A stretch of 64,000 bases of DNA from a virus (lineage: Duplodnaviria > Heunggongvirae > Uroviricota > Caudoviricetes), in the IMG/VR virus record IMGVR_UViG_3300025009_000056, one strand, 5' to 3'. Below the pieces are notes generated by a model, which was not told the origin of the DNA, did not search any database, and saw nothing but the letters and a program-made list of their open reading frames with translations. Position 1 is the first letter of the stretch. Each line of letters begins with the position of its first letter. The translations under genes were made by a program, and so were the position numbers. Shown here piece by piece: positions 20,101 through 25,768 of the stretch.

Positions 20101-20179
20101 TCTTTGATGAATCGACATTGATTGTATAGTTTTTCTTTCTCCCCTTTGGCTTACTATACGTGAATTTCAAACTACCCAT
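11129..20179 (-). CDS. Giant (~3016 aa) multidomain polyvalent-type effector protein: two tandem-related ART modules (second with His->Asn), ParB-like nuclease domain, coiled coils, many FEDGG motifs
   Basis: Uninterrupted 9.1-kb ORF; ORF track start 20257 is TTG (rc of caa) lying upstream of a predicted promoter; first ATG (MGSLKF...) at 20177..20179; motifs VVYHGTVKD, VVYNRAKAKIY, QEGRHRALAAKSLG. Confidence 0.75.
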   Translation of the reverse strand: MGSLKFTYSKPKGRKKNYTINVDSSKSVIPLSVIGGVVASIMGKKDIVRDSGKSIVVKKSPEKYLAKFRQKIYSISDKMGIDEVAKKYGIPQMKTNVIYDAIEKGLIAEHENESDFQKQKEIIYANLMEFGLKYYDLPKEKRPVRKQPTLVDFKISRKKNDDVLLAPNGKPSNLTPEQYELVRTPEFKAWFGDWINDPQNASKVVDSNGEPLVVYHGTVKDFTIFSLKHATKQTGADWGKMGFYFTNNKSLAEDFTRYKWSLAEKSELKKGSKVIDCFLSIKTPKTVNARQWTMTSTSPEILRDELIKDNHDGYFIEPLNDDDKNYWINLFGERGIKELINNQYVAFYPEQIKLADGTNVTFDAENPDIRFEDGGVISTDERAVVIGAMQQRAPKEYVNAINEFLDFDVEKDTLIKADYDRMKRAFSEKVSLVVKKGFSDFAWDIIHRDNLEYKNLHDFLFKEGTPVNGNSTILNELHWGGKLKKSDIQAMNKYEREIYDYYNTPDRNTELRRKVAEKLKLIKGRIVKREPKSVTEEKRIQEVTGKINPKIKRVIDEVAEAFRLEIKESYKRMYNNIISEFQKEIVGKGTNNVDILYPLNVNDKNNFERNREIRYALRPFTFVKDENSAHNIYQLENTDELIEKISDEKSTMDISSYKNKMYDKLSDLLLGANDDLLNVESSGKRKDQDIYFNYGSDISFTLSNQIIINFSKYGNPFYQYPSRFQNLRLPDGKVIAAPSEAEIKNTLKDKFEQGGFVECPVGTKVQTLLFSKDNFTLKKAKAWLKKHGYKTDVDEKENTYRFRQVEPCEFNEESFRTIEFTDGIKAVVGCPVAEMEDGGMVAPNGKTSNLTPEQYELVRTPEFLSWFGDWINDPENASKVVDSNGEPLVVYNRAKAKIYEFDKQKQLIGWLGRGFYFSISKDEFKEYGKTILPVFLNIRKLFIVEGESPSDVISEVKSINNDYFNDDVSEILRGNNYDGIKFNHWDRGAIISCFDSTQIKLADGTNTTFNAENPDIRFENGGNVSTEINWDYDDAKRKHVEFDMPLYAITEKSKTAKIVEMTPDEYMYDVSKGFFLSTGENMQYVSDDNVIEIAELMKAGDLFEIPYLTIGGKSQEGRHRALAAKSLGAKTIPVIVFRELSDSEYKTVIDDIKNMGIGEMSEYLKENFGISEPIKQREYDKFKSVVKYIKFEDGGSVDNLGYHGGDLYKKAEGIGSTLRGTSVPFTGYYFYSSIEPAMQRGNRLTGEKSVKAVDFSQYNLLRPSNSSDYFWIKNALSQTPNIVSADRVYSDWDSMISKLKEYSLFSDFISEFKNELTAKKDEIIKSLLENSVKAENRLEQPSDGTNIVDTSATIILKALGYEGIDVRNIPVKEGDANPDSGSYGSVIFDIKEDSVVDINDGEKNNDTEMNLVNNKSNKMEKGDSVNNITLQDDNSIADGGAAYNGELHTNDGIPMVVKETGQPIEIEQAEIVITRKAAQMHCEELSKINQDGGGKAIDCDCLIESSKENNLIDEKMKGAIKPNGEILEDGGVVPTQDSVYRLLGAVGDETNYLYSKPVSEWDEYDISNWNAKKNKLKQMFRDNTLDLPFEDGGRLDDRKSKINTFWGNLFKEMQENSVARRVLDMKSAEKADLFISDFNSSDYVDKFRVDKNPIYKNKVGISLKTEYWKFDKGDVVGENIDKTLNNEGNIIQDTIENDNSMSLFDQNQVQMAGITMFEDGGAVRDINTPFTREDVEKERTIYFENNNKVVFEKKQNPVYYFGRHYFMDDEGNWELGASWGSQYVEDVVFEAEHDRNIGVLSRDYSNGELFENGGDVQKSATVIVISDRNPLSTQIHKITGDWWNSSDFEDLEIQEYFSIVKHSKSGEYFIIFRGSYVAQVDDNVIDDDISYIKSKYGFGFLKNVAILYKDKFENGDVVKGEYPHPFVKMVDEQVVKAGKDYRAIGDLIYNLSGDHNRQKRQEVISAIVGEKVPVAKSGISAIESELKKWILEKYPNANVTNRFEPVLTEEVVVPVISEEQNIGVENNEIKDEQMNKNKDKEDSNPVGRYEFGMEYEEDFPTMDMLNTGAKASLSWGVGKLEKLTESLRDMNFHPTNKILIKAIKQYKDGNVSGAEESLKEFKIACLKEIAEFKQPVSDTGEEKPYLDPVYEAGILERFEKALSNYNETKDKKYFNVQHGDTSNTVVGTLAEFIIEVVIKSKQPEKLSVYYDLLEKAGLSKTMVKDDYMYNWITYAYDKTDETLFYEIFAESNLNLFEFIPEKFKKKSDVRPLSYKLDPSDKNLINIMDDFAATKDSVARDILKAIRFDEHGVSATNANVLAFINGKVSKKGNFCLTKDCIETYDIPDGGEIKSGNDSDKTRYPEYIGVLPQNNNNRNIINVNSLEIFANAMYKSGIVQKAGVAGVVIKIDELVVKVSSENLIKATTFMKRLGYDKIEISGSTNKRGLLFMPVGSAADARSLKNPFVLVMPLHIEGYDIPVEILDYPCFDCNDETVKVVNRESIESIDISPDGLVNTEIGKTKKKLQKDADVEKERLQKEITRAKDESREQIEAINKREAEKNKRAAEKKLKEDLVRQKAEELKAEKARKDKEEADRLAEEKRIADEKAELDEKERLLAEKNAARIIAQQEKAGKKMSAKQKELAEKKAEEMALLQLLSSESERQESELELLEVEMSDGEEMISNSGKAKPTQSEINDFIDYMSEFYGKQGLYAKDYNGGFTREQIAAAVDKYVKDKETNWGHGDSVDRELTRDKYLAPYSIDKKEAWEMTAAERWSAERKRAIQADGMAYVKKHMATLDEYKYGSHKKMIEQAIADGKPVPVEVLADYPDLVSKKEKGGKIESEKPFESAKEIEDYFGVSVNVYDEYTNEVELESPKASEITFGWSIDGQWIDGVSLKSIRLPKTRSLITASWISDKINKEKIYKDFSVIFKDILVKSGHSGSSINVYPTTYGIGVAVIFNPSGSNDKEQITNLLKQTGVSFTNEYSDAGYVYRYKISKSKENIDKIKEYLDKINN
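16700..16950 (-). other. ParB/sulfiredoxin-like nuclease domain within giant protein 2
   Basis: rc of 16801..16850 encodes GGKSQEGRHRALAAKSL (ParB N-domain GxxRxxA-type motif). Confidence 0.45.
17050..17600 (-). other. ART module B (paralogous duplicate, His replaced by Asn: VVYNRAKAKIY...GRGFYFSIS) ending in NPDIRFENGG
   Basis: rc of 17475..17520 encodes EPLVVYNRAKAKIYEF; >90% nt identity to module A over 17521..17650 vs 19541..19690. Confidence 0.5.
19000..19650 (-). other. ART module A (catalytic His intact: VVYHGT...GFYFTNN) ending in NPDIRFEDGG
   Basis: rc of ~19530..19550 encodes PLVVYHG; module begins ...TPEFKAWFGDW. Confidence 0.5.
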
Positions 20180-20204
20180 TATTTTCTTTTTTATTATAAG
20201 GAAT

Positions 20205-20245
20205 GTTGCAAAGATACGAAATAAAACAGCCCATGTCAAATTACG
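20205..20245 (-). promoter_or_regulatory. Putative Bacteroidetes-type promoter (-33 TTTG / -7 TATCTTTG) for giant protein 2
   Basis: rc of 20209..20216 = TATCTTTG; rc of 20237..20240 = TTTG, 20-nt spacing; ~29 nt upstream of ATG 20179. Confidence 0.5.
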
Positions 20246-20302
20246 TTTATTAATCAAACAGTAATTTTACACAGGCCGCTACTACACATTCGCTAAACGC
20301 AC

Positions 20303-21370
20303 TTATTCCTTTGCAAATACCTTATTTAACAGCATTGTTTTAAGTTGCTCCGGAGTAATATTTTCTTCTTTTAGGTCAGCAAACGCATCTTTCACCAAAA
20401 ATAGGTTTATTTTCGACTTAATCTTTGTTTCCTCATTTATGTAATTTACAGCTCCTTTCTCCTTATCTATATGCTTATGGCGAATAGACGAAATAGTGCT
20501 AGCAATGGATGCTCCCTGAAGGTTTTGTCCAGTAATAATACAGGTAGACCGCTCTCTCGCAAGCTCGCCCATCAACTCATTAACGGCTGACACCCTGTAT
20601 TTTTCCATCTTATCATCATCACACCCGACAAAACCCAACTCGGATAGCGAATTAAAAATAATATAACCCCAATCCTCCCAAACGTGTTTCTCGCTGTCAT
20701 TCAGAAAAAGCGTGTATTGTTCAAGCGTATAGTTGACGGCATCAACCTTCAACCTGTTGTCATTATAGGCTGAAAGAACCTTTGAGTTTTCTAAATCAAT
20801 TCGGGCTTTCTCCTCTTGTTTTTTCTTAATAAGATAATGTTTCCTGTATGAGTTTAAAACATTGCATACAAACTCTGGACGCAGCTTCCCGAACATATTA
20901 TAATCACTCGGCTTTAAATCCGGAATAGCATGTATCACAGCCATCTCGAAAGCATCACGCAAATCCCTCAATGAGAAATCTGGGTAGTGTTTCATTATTA
21001 ATTCAACAGTCCTTAATCCATCCTGTTCGTAATCCTCCTTACTCATCCTGTCTAAACCAAAATCGTTTATCAATTGTACTAATATCTGAGAAATATCACC
21101 CATTAATTCCTGCACTTTTTCCACCCGAACATCGTTAGACGAATTCTTATAACGATTAATATACATCTGAATATCGGCGTACTCAAATTTAGCCAACTGT
21201 ACGGGGGAGTATGAAATATCTATCTGCGGTGCATTATATTTCGTCGGGAGAAAACATGAATTTTGCGAACTTTGTGAAGTCGGATTGTATTTTGGTTTTA
21301 TCACTATCTTTGGTTTTCTCTCCGTTGATAATGGTTGTTTCTCCTGATTTTGCTGCGGCTGATTTTCCAT
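20303..21370 (-). CDS. Hypothetical protein (355 aa; low-complexity N-terminus; true start may be internal Met at 21166)
   Basis: ATG at 21368..21370 overlaps upstream gene by 137 nt; internal ATG (MYINRYK) at 21166 would remove overlap. Confidence 0.5.
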   Translation of the reverse strand: MENQPQQNQEKQPLSTERKPKIVIKPKYNPTSQSSQNSCFLPTKYNAPQIDISYSPVQLAKFEYADIQMYINRYKNSSNDVRVEKVQELMGDISQILVQLINDFGLDRMSKEDYEQDGLRTVELIMKHYPDFSLRDLRDAFEMAVIHAIPDLKPSDYNMFGKLRPEFVCNVLNSYRKHYLIKKKQEEKARIDLENSKVLSAYNDNRLKVDAVNYTLEQYTLFLNDSEKHVWEDWGYIIFNSLSELGFVGCDDDKMEKYRVSAVNELMGELARERSTCIITGQNLQGASIASTISSIRHKHIDKEKGAVNYINEETKIKSKINLFLVKDAFADLKEENITPEQLKTMLLNKVFAKE

Positions 21371-21986
21371 TTTTACTAGCTATTTCTTTTGTAGTTGCAA
21401 TTATTACATTCATTTTTCTCCTCATTTGAGCAACGGATTTCCCCGTTTTCTTGATATAATCAGGGAAGTTACCCCATATGTCATCACTGAGAATTATTCT
21501 CCATCCATCCAAAATACGTTGTTCGCTATTGTTAACAAGCCCCCCCAAATAATCAATAATATCACGCATGGCAATAAAATCCTGCTTATCCATGCCTTTT
21601 CGTATTGTCTCTGGCTTTACAAATACATCACGGTTGTGGTATTGTCGTATATAGAACTGCACGTATAAATCAACGCATTCACGATACAACCAATCTTTCT
21701 GAGACGAAATAATAAGCCCCTTAGAATTATTGTCTAGTTTTCTCAAGTATACATCAACAATACCATCTATCAACTCATTTTGCGACCTCGCGGTAATACA
21801 TTTCTCAGTAGCCCGCTCATCACCAATTCCGGCCATCTCCTTGTATGTTTCAAGGGTTTCAATGTTTTTTCGCCTTATGTCTTTTAGATAAACATAAAGG
21901 TCTTGTTTCGTGTTTTTACTTTTTCCTTTTTCGGGTTTCTGAGCTGGAGCGGCCAATCCGGAGCCGTCAACAAATAAGTCAGTCAT
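21234..21986 (-). CDS. Hypothetical protein (250 aa)
   Basis: ORF in tiled minus-strand array; no recognisable motif. Confidence 0.5.
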   Translation of the reverse strand: MTDLFVDGSGLAAPAQKPEKGKSKNTKQDLYVYLKDIRRKNIETLETYKEMAGIGDERATEKCITARSQNELIDGIVDVYLRKLDNNSKGLIISSQKDWLYRECVDLYVQFYIRQYHNRDVFVKPETIRKGMDKQDFIAMRDIIDYLGGLVNNSEQRILDGWRIILSDDIWGNFPDYIKKTGKSVAQMRRKMNVIIATTKEIASKNGKSAAAKSGETTIINGEKTKDSDKTKIQSDFTKFAKFMFSPDEI

Positions 21987-22206
21987 TATTTTTTTGGGTT
22001 TTTATAATGCGCTTTAATCTCTCTATTTCCTCCTGCTGGTCATTGTATAATTTAATTAATGTTTCAATCCGCATCTCTAAAACACGGACTTTCTTTATCA
22101 AATCAACATCGCTAACAGCTGGCTTACTATCTATATCGTTATTCATCATTTCCCATAAACTGTATTTTAATTTGCAAATATAGTCATTTTTTTCGGGTTT
22201 AAGCAA
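21979..22206 (-). CDS. Small coiled-coil hypothetical protein (75 aa)
   Basis: ORF tiling; heptad-like charged sequence. Confidence 0.4.
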   Translation of the reverse strand: MLKPEKNDYICKLKYSLWEMMNNDIDSKPAVSDVDLIKKVRVLEMRIETLIKLYNDQQEEIERLKRIIKTQKNND

Positions 22207-22256
22207 GTTTTGTTTATAACTTGTAAACTATTTGGGTCTTTTTTTGTAAAACAAAA

Positions 22257-22472
22257 TCAAGAACGGCACATTATCAACTTATCTATTTTCTCGCCACACT
22301 TAGGGCAATAGAATTCCATTCCTCTAAATCCGGATAGACACCGAACCGTGTCTATCCATTTTTCAACACACTCGTTTCTTTTACCACTCCAGCCACAACT
22401 ACATTCGATGTGTTTGTTTCTCGCCTTTTCGATATAATGATACTCTCTAAAAAACGACTCACTTGATTTCAT
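22257..22472 (-). CDS. Small Cys-rich zinc-ribbon protein (71 aa)
   Basis: CSCGWSGKRNEC...CPKCGEKIDK. Confidence 0.45.
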   Translation of the reverse strand: MKSSESFFREYHYIEKARNKHIECSCGWSGKRNECVEKWIDTVRCLSGFRGMEFYCPKCGEKIDKLIMCRS

Positions 22473-22672
22473 TATGCTTCTTTAATAAAATTAACAGAAA
22501 TACCCATCCAGTCAGCAAATTTCTTATCATCGTGAACTATTTCGTTAAAAAATATTTCACGTTCTTTTTCATATTTTTCCAAACAATGTATATGAAAGAC
22601 ATCTCCATCCGGAGCCGTTACCTCAGACAACTCTGATTCATCTATTTTCTTATTACAATGAAAACATTTCAT
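22472..22672 (-). CDS. Small Cys/His zinc-finger-like protein (66 aa)
   Basis: MKCFHCNKKID...HIHCLEKYEKE. Confidence 0.45.
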   Translation of the reverse strand: MKCFHCNKKIDESELSEVTAPDGDVFHIHCLEKYEKEREIFFNEIVHDDKKFADWMGISVNFIKEA

Positions 22673-22697
22673 AACTCATTTTACTATTGGTTAAATA

Positions 22698-23720
22698 TCA
22701 AAAGTCGTTTTCACCCTGCGGCTTAATCAGTGATAACGTTTTAGATATTCTGTCATTATTAGCCTCAGAATTCACGTTACCTTTATCATTATCCAAATAT
22801 TCGAATTCGGCATCCTCTTCGATTCCAGAGAATGATGCTTGGTCATACTTAATAGCCTTCGCTATATTAATTGCTGACTGCTGGTCAATAGAAAGCATCC
22901 CGTATTTACCCAATAGTAATTTCAATACGGTTTTCTTGCCCATATCTTTAAAATCAGTCACCCAGTTTCCCTCTCCCAGCCTGTAAGATTTTGAGTATTT
23001 TTTAGCATGTCGCTCAATCTCCATTGCCGACATATACATGTTTTTTTCAAATCCGGCTGTGAGCTTGAAGTATGCATAATACCCAACAATTTCACCTTTA
23101 CCCTCCGGCTCATACCGCATTTTCCACTGACTCTTATCTGTCAAAGAAAGCTCTTCCGTGAATGGATTATACGACACGAATTCATCTTTATAAACCTCCG
23201 TAACAATCAATTTGGCATATTGTCCGGTTCTCTCAGCTAGCTGCACGTAAGCTTTCCACATCAACTGAAGTTGCGCGGTGTGACTATGCGTCCCTGTCGG
23301 ATTTTTCTTTTTATACGGAACAATGGCAGCGTATCCCAAGTTTGGGTCAATGGATAAATTCATACTGGCCGCAATAACGGCAGCTGAAACTATACTCAGT
23401 GGCTCACAGTTTCTCAAACCGTTAGATTTACTTACAACGACTGAAAGGTTACTCATGAAAGAGTTTGCGTACTTATCCAACACCTCTGCAAAACGCCGCC
23501 GAACTTTATCATCACGCAATAAATCAGTAAATGTAAGTGGTTTTCGCTGAAGACCAACCTGCATTTTATCCTCACCACCACACTGAGCATCTGGAATTAC
23601 AGCAGCGTTTTCAACATCTACGTTTGTATCAACCGGATTTGATTCTGGCTGATTTTCGACAGATGCTTCTGGTTGCTGCTGTAACTCCGAATTTTCAGTA
23701 TTTTTTTTCTTTAATGCCAT
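22698..23720 (-). CDS. recT: RecT-family single-strand annealing protein (recombinase)
   Basis: FTDLLRDDKVRRRFAEVL..., SIVSAAVIAASMNLSIDPNLGYAAIVPY, AQLQLMWKAYVQLAERTGQYAKLIVTEVY - RecT/Red-beta core signatures. Confidence 0.8.
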   Translation of the reverse strand: MALKKKNTENSELQQQPEASVENQPESNPVDTNVDVENAAVIPDAQCGGEDKMQVGLQRKPLTFTDLLRDDKVRRRFAEVLDKYANSFMSNLSVVVSKSNGLRNCEPLSIVSAAVIAASMNLSIDPNLGYAAIVPYKKKNPTGTHSHTAQLQLMWKAYVQLAERTGQYAKLIVTEVYKDEFVSYNPFTEELSLTDKSQWKMRYEPEGKGEIVGYYAYFKLTAGFEKNMYMSAMEIERHAKKYSKSYRLGEGNWVTDFKDMGKKTVLKLLLGKYGMLSIDQQSAINIAKAIKYDQASFSGIEEDAEFEYLDNDKGNVNSEANNDRISKTLSLIKPQGENDF

Positions 23721-23735
23721 TTTTGTTTTTTGTAG

Positions 23736-24221
23736 TTAGTCCAGTTGCTCGATGCACTCATCAATATGAAAGCAGAACACCACTTCCTCTTTTGGATTTA
23801 TATCAAACACTAAACAGGTATCCTTGTCTATGTCGATATTCATTGATTTAAAAACAAGGCTGTTTTTCAGATTTGAACAAGCACTCTCAAACGATACCGA
23901 TTTAATGGTGCGAGTAAGCGCATTGCCGGAAACACCATATTTGAATATTCTCAATTCATTGGTAAATTGAGATGGATTATTGACAAACATACTTGTTTGT
24001 CCTATATTTATTTTTCCACCCGCAGCGAAATGCCTGCTTACCATGTTAATTGGCGTACATGCGTTGTTTGAAAAAAACGGATACACAACATCAATATCAA
24101 CATCGTCTGAATCAGGAGTCCACCTACCAAATGTGTCAAATAAAACGACTTGTTTTTTATCGGTTTCACTTTTATTTCTTATGCCATAAATCAGGCATGA
24201 AATTGATTCTATCTCACTCAT
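23736..24221 (-). CDS. Hypothetical protein (161 aa)
   Basis: ORF tiling. Confidence 0.45.
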   Translation of the reverse strand: MSEIESISCLIYGIRNKSETDKKQVVLFDTFGRWTPDSDDVDIDVVYPFFSNNACTPINMVSRHFAAGGKINIGQTSMFVNNPSQFTNELRIFKYGVSGNALTRTIKSVSFESACSNLKNSLVFKSMNIDIDKDTCLVFDINPKEEVVFCFHIDECIEQLD

Positions 24222-24255
24222 TGATTTACTGTTTTAAATCCGTTACTCAAAATGA

Positions 24256-24564
24256 TTACCACCTGTTTTTACTGCAATAAAGGAAATAGTAGTCATCGGC
24301 ATACTCTACCTCGTTTTGATTAATTTCGTTTAACTCATCCAGCATACAGAATGATTCAAAATCAACATCATCGGGGTCGCTAACAATCATTTCAGCGCAC
24401 TCTGATTCCGGAACCTCCCTCACCTCCTTAATATCATCAAGGCTATCACAGAGGTCATCCTTAAAAGCACCTGTAATAGCAAAGTTCGCCTCTTTAGCGG
24501 TTATGTAATCAATCTCGTCACCGTTATTATAGGTGATTTCAAAAAGTTTAATTTTGTTTTTCAT
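24256..24564 (-). CDS. Hypothetical acidic protein (~102 aa; ORF track extends to 24621)
   Basis: Internal Met (MKNKIKLFEITY) at 24564 avoids 53-nt overlap with next gene. Confidence 0.4.
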   Translation of the reverse strand: MKNKIKLFEITYNNGDEIDYITAKEANFAITGAFKDDLCDSLDDIKEVREVPESECAEMIVSDPDDVDFESFCMLDELNEINQNEVEYADDYYFLYCSKNRW

Positions 24565-24568
24565 GATT

Positions 24569-24823
24569 TTACTTGTTTTTTTGTTTGTTTTTTTTCCCGA
24601 TTCGATTTTCATCCAGCACACTTATTACTGTATGACGTTTTGTCATTTTATCACAGAAAACATAGGTGAAATCTCCGCTTTGCTTGTACTCAGCAACCAA
24701 GTATGTTCCCGTAAAATGCTCAAATGTCGTTCGCGTACCTAATAAAATTGGCAACGTCATGATTATTTTATCACTCTCGTCATCGCAAAGGATATACTCA
24801 AAAATGCACGTGGATTCAGTCAT
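24569..24823 (-). CDS. Hypothetical protein (84 aa)
   Basis: ORF tiling. Confidence 0.4.
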   Translation of the reverse strand: MTESTCIFEYILCDDESDKIIMTLPILLGTRTTFEHFTGTYLVAEYKQSGDFTYVFCDKMTKRHTVISVLDENRIGKKNKQKNK

Positions 24824-24825
24824 AT

Positions 24826-25149
24826 TTATTGTTTTTGTATTTCGAGAAACACTCCCTGTTCTTCAGCTGTCATTTTATCGAAATTCTTTTTCAGCATTAT
24901 AAATTGCTCACATGACAAAACTTGGTCTCCGTTGAAAATAGGCTCGTCAGTTGTCGTATCATAACCAACAATATCCGTCTGTGATTCACCCATGATTGGA
25001 TTTTTGTTTTCATCGTAAATCCTAACCGGAGTAAAGTTTCTCAGCATCTCACGACTAACGGTAATAGCGGCGCGTAAATCCTCTCTTGATTCAGCCTCAA
25101 ATTCCGTATTTAATTCAAAAACGACAGTTACTTTTTTCTTTTTTCCCAT
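24826..25149 (-). CDS. Hypothetical protein (107 aa)
   Basis: ORF tiling. Confidence 0.45.
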   Translation of the reverse strand: MGKKKKVTVVFELNTEFEAESREDLRAAITVSREMLRNFTPVRIYDENKNPIMGESQTDIVGYDTTTDEPIFNGDQVLSCEQFIMLKKNFDKMTAEEQGVFLEIQKQ

Positions 25150-25181
25150 TATAGTTTTTTGTTATTAGTAATAATCGCAGC

Positions 25182-25565
25182 CTATGTATTCTTTTTCAGC
25201 TCCGCCAATTTTTCATTTGCTTTTTCCAAGCTACTGTAAACAAATGTAGGCATACTCGGGTCTGGGTAATCATAAATAGTTTCACCGCAAACCGAGATAC
25301 GCTCTTCAATAACAAACTCGTGTTCAAAATTGAGTGAATGCGGTATTTTCTTTTTAAATATCCGGTAATATTCTTCGCCAAAATCAATAAAGACACCATC
25401 GCAAGTTGTATAATCCTCCTTATTAAATTCTTTTTCAAATTTAATAAAAAACCTCGCCCCATCCTGAATAGCTATAGCCCATTCCTGCATAGCCAAAGAC
25501 TCACTACTACCGCTTTTAAATTTCGCCAAGCAAGCATCCCAAAGCATTTGTTTTTTTTCGTTCAT
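25182..25565 (-). CDS. Hypothetical protein (127 aa)
   Basis: ORF tiling. Confidence 0.45.
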   Translation of the reverse strand: MNEKKQMLWDACLAKFKSGSSESLAMQEWAIAIQDGARFFIKFEKEFNKEDYTTCDGVFIDFGEEYYRIFKKKIPHSLNFEHEFVIEERISVCGETIYDYPDPSMPTFVYSSLEKANEKLAELKKNT

Positions 25566-25576
25566 GTTTTTTGTTT

Positions 25577-25756
25577 TTAAATTTTACGTTTTAGTTTCAA
25601 AATTTCAAGAGCCGCCTCCTGAATTTGTTCGATTTTTTCATCAGAATATTCGTCACGTCCCCAACAACCATCCGATAAAAATGTCAGCAATTTATTGTAG
25701 GCATTAGATAATAATTCTCTTGCCTTATCAAGTGTCTCATCAGCTTCAGTATGCAT
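25577..25756 (-). CDS. Small hypothetical protein (59 aa; below ORF-track cutoff)
   Basis: Manual translation rc 25756..25577: MHTEADETLDKARELLSNAYNKLLTFLSDGCWGRDEYSDEKIEQIQEAALEILKLKRKI*; fills 200-nt gap. Confidence 0.35.
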   Translation of the reverse strand: MHTEADETLDKARELLSNAYNKLLTFLSDGCWGRDEYSDEKIEQIQEAALEILKLKRKI

Positions 25757-25768
25757 ATTTTTTGTTTT

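Noticed and set aside
25196-25462. 88-aa minus-strand ORF overlapping 25182..25565 in another frame, plus similar nested ORFs (35359..35547, 49133..49471, 49567..49752, 50541..50795, 51857..52204, 52307..52606, 60265..60447)
   Set aside because: They are nested inside, or overlap, longer same-strand ORFs that tile the genome cleanly. The longer ORF was kept in each case.
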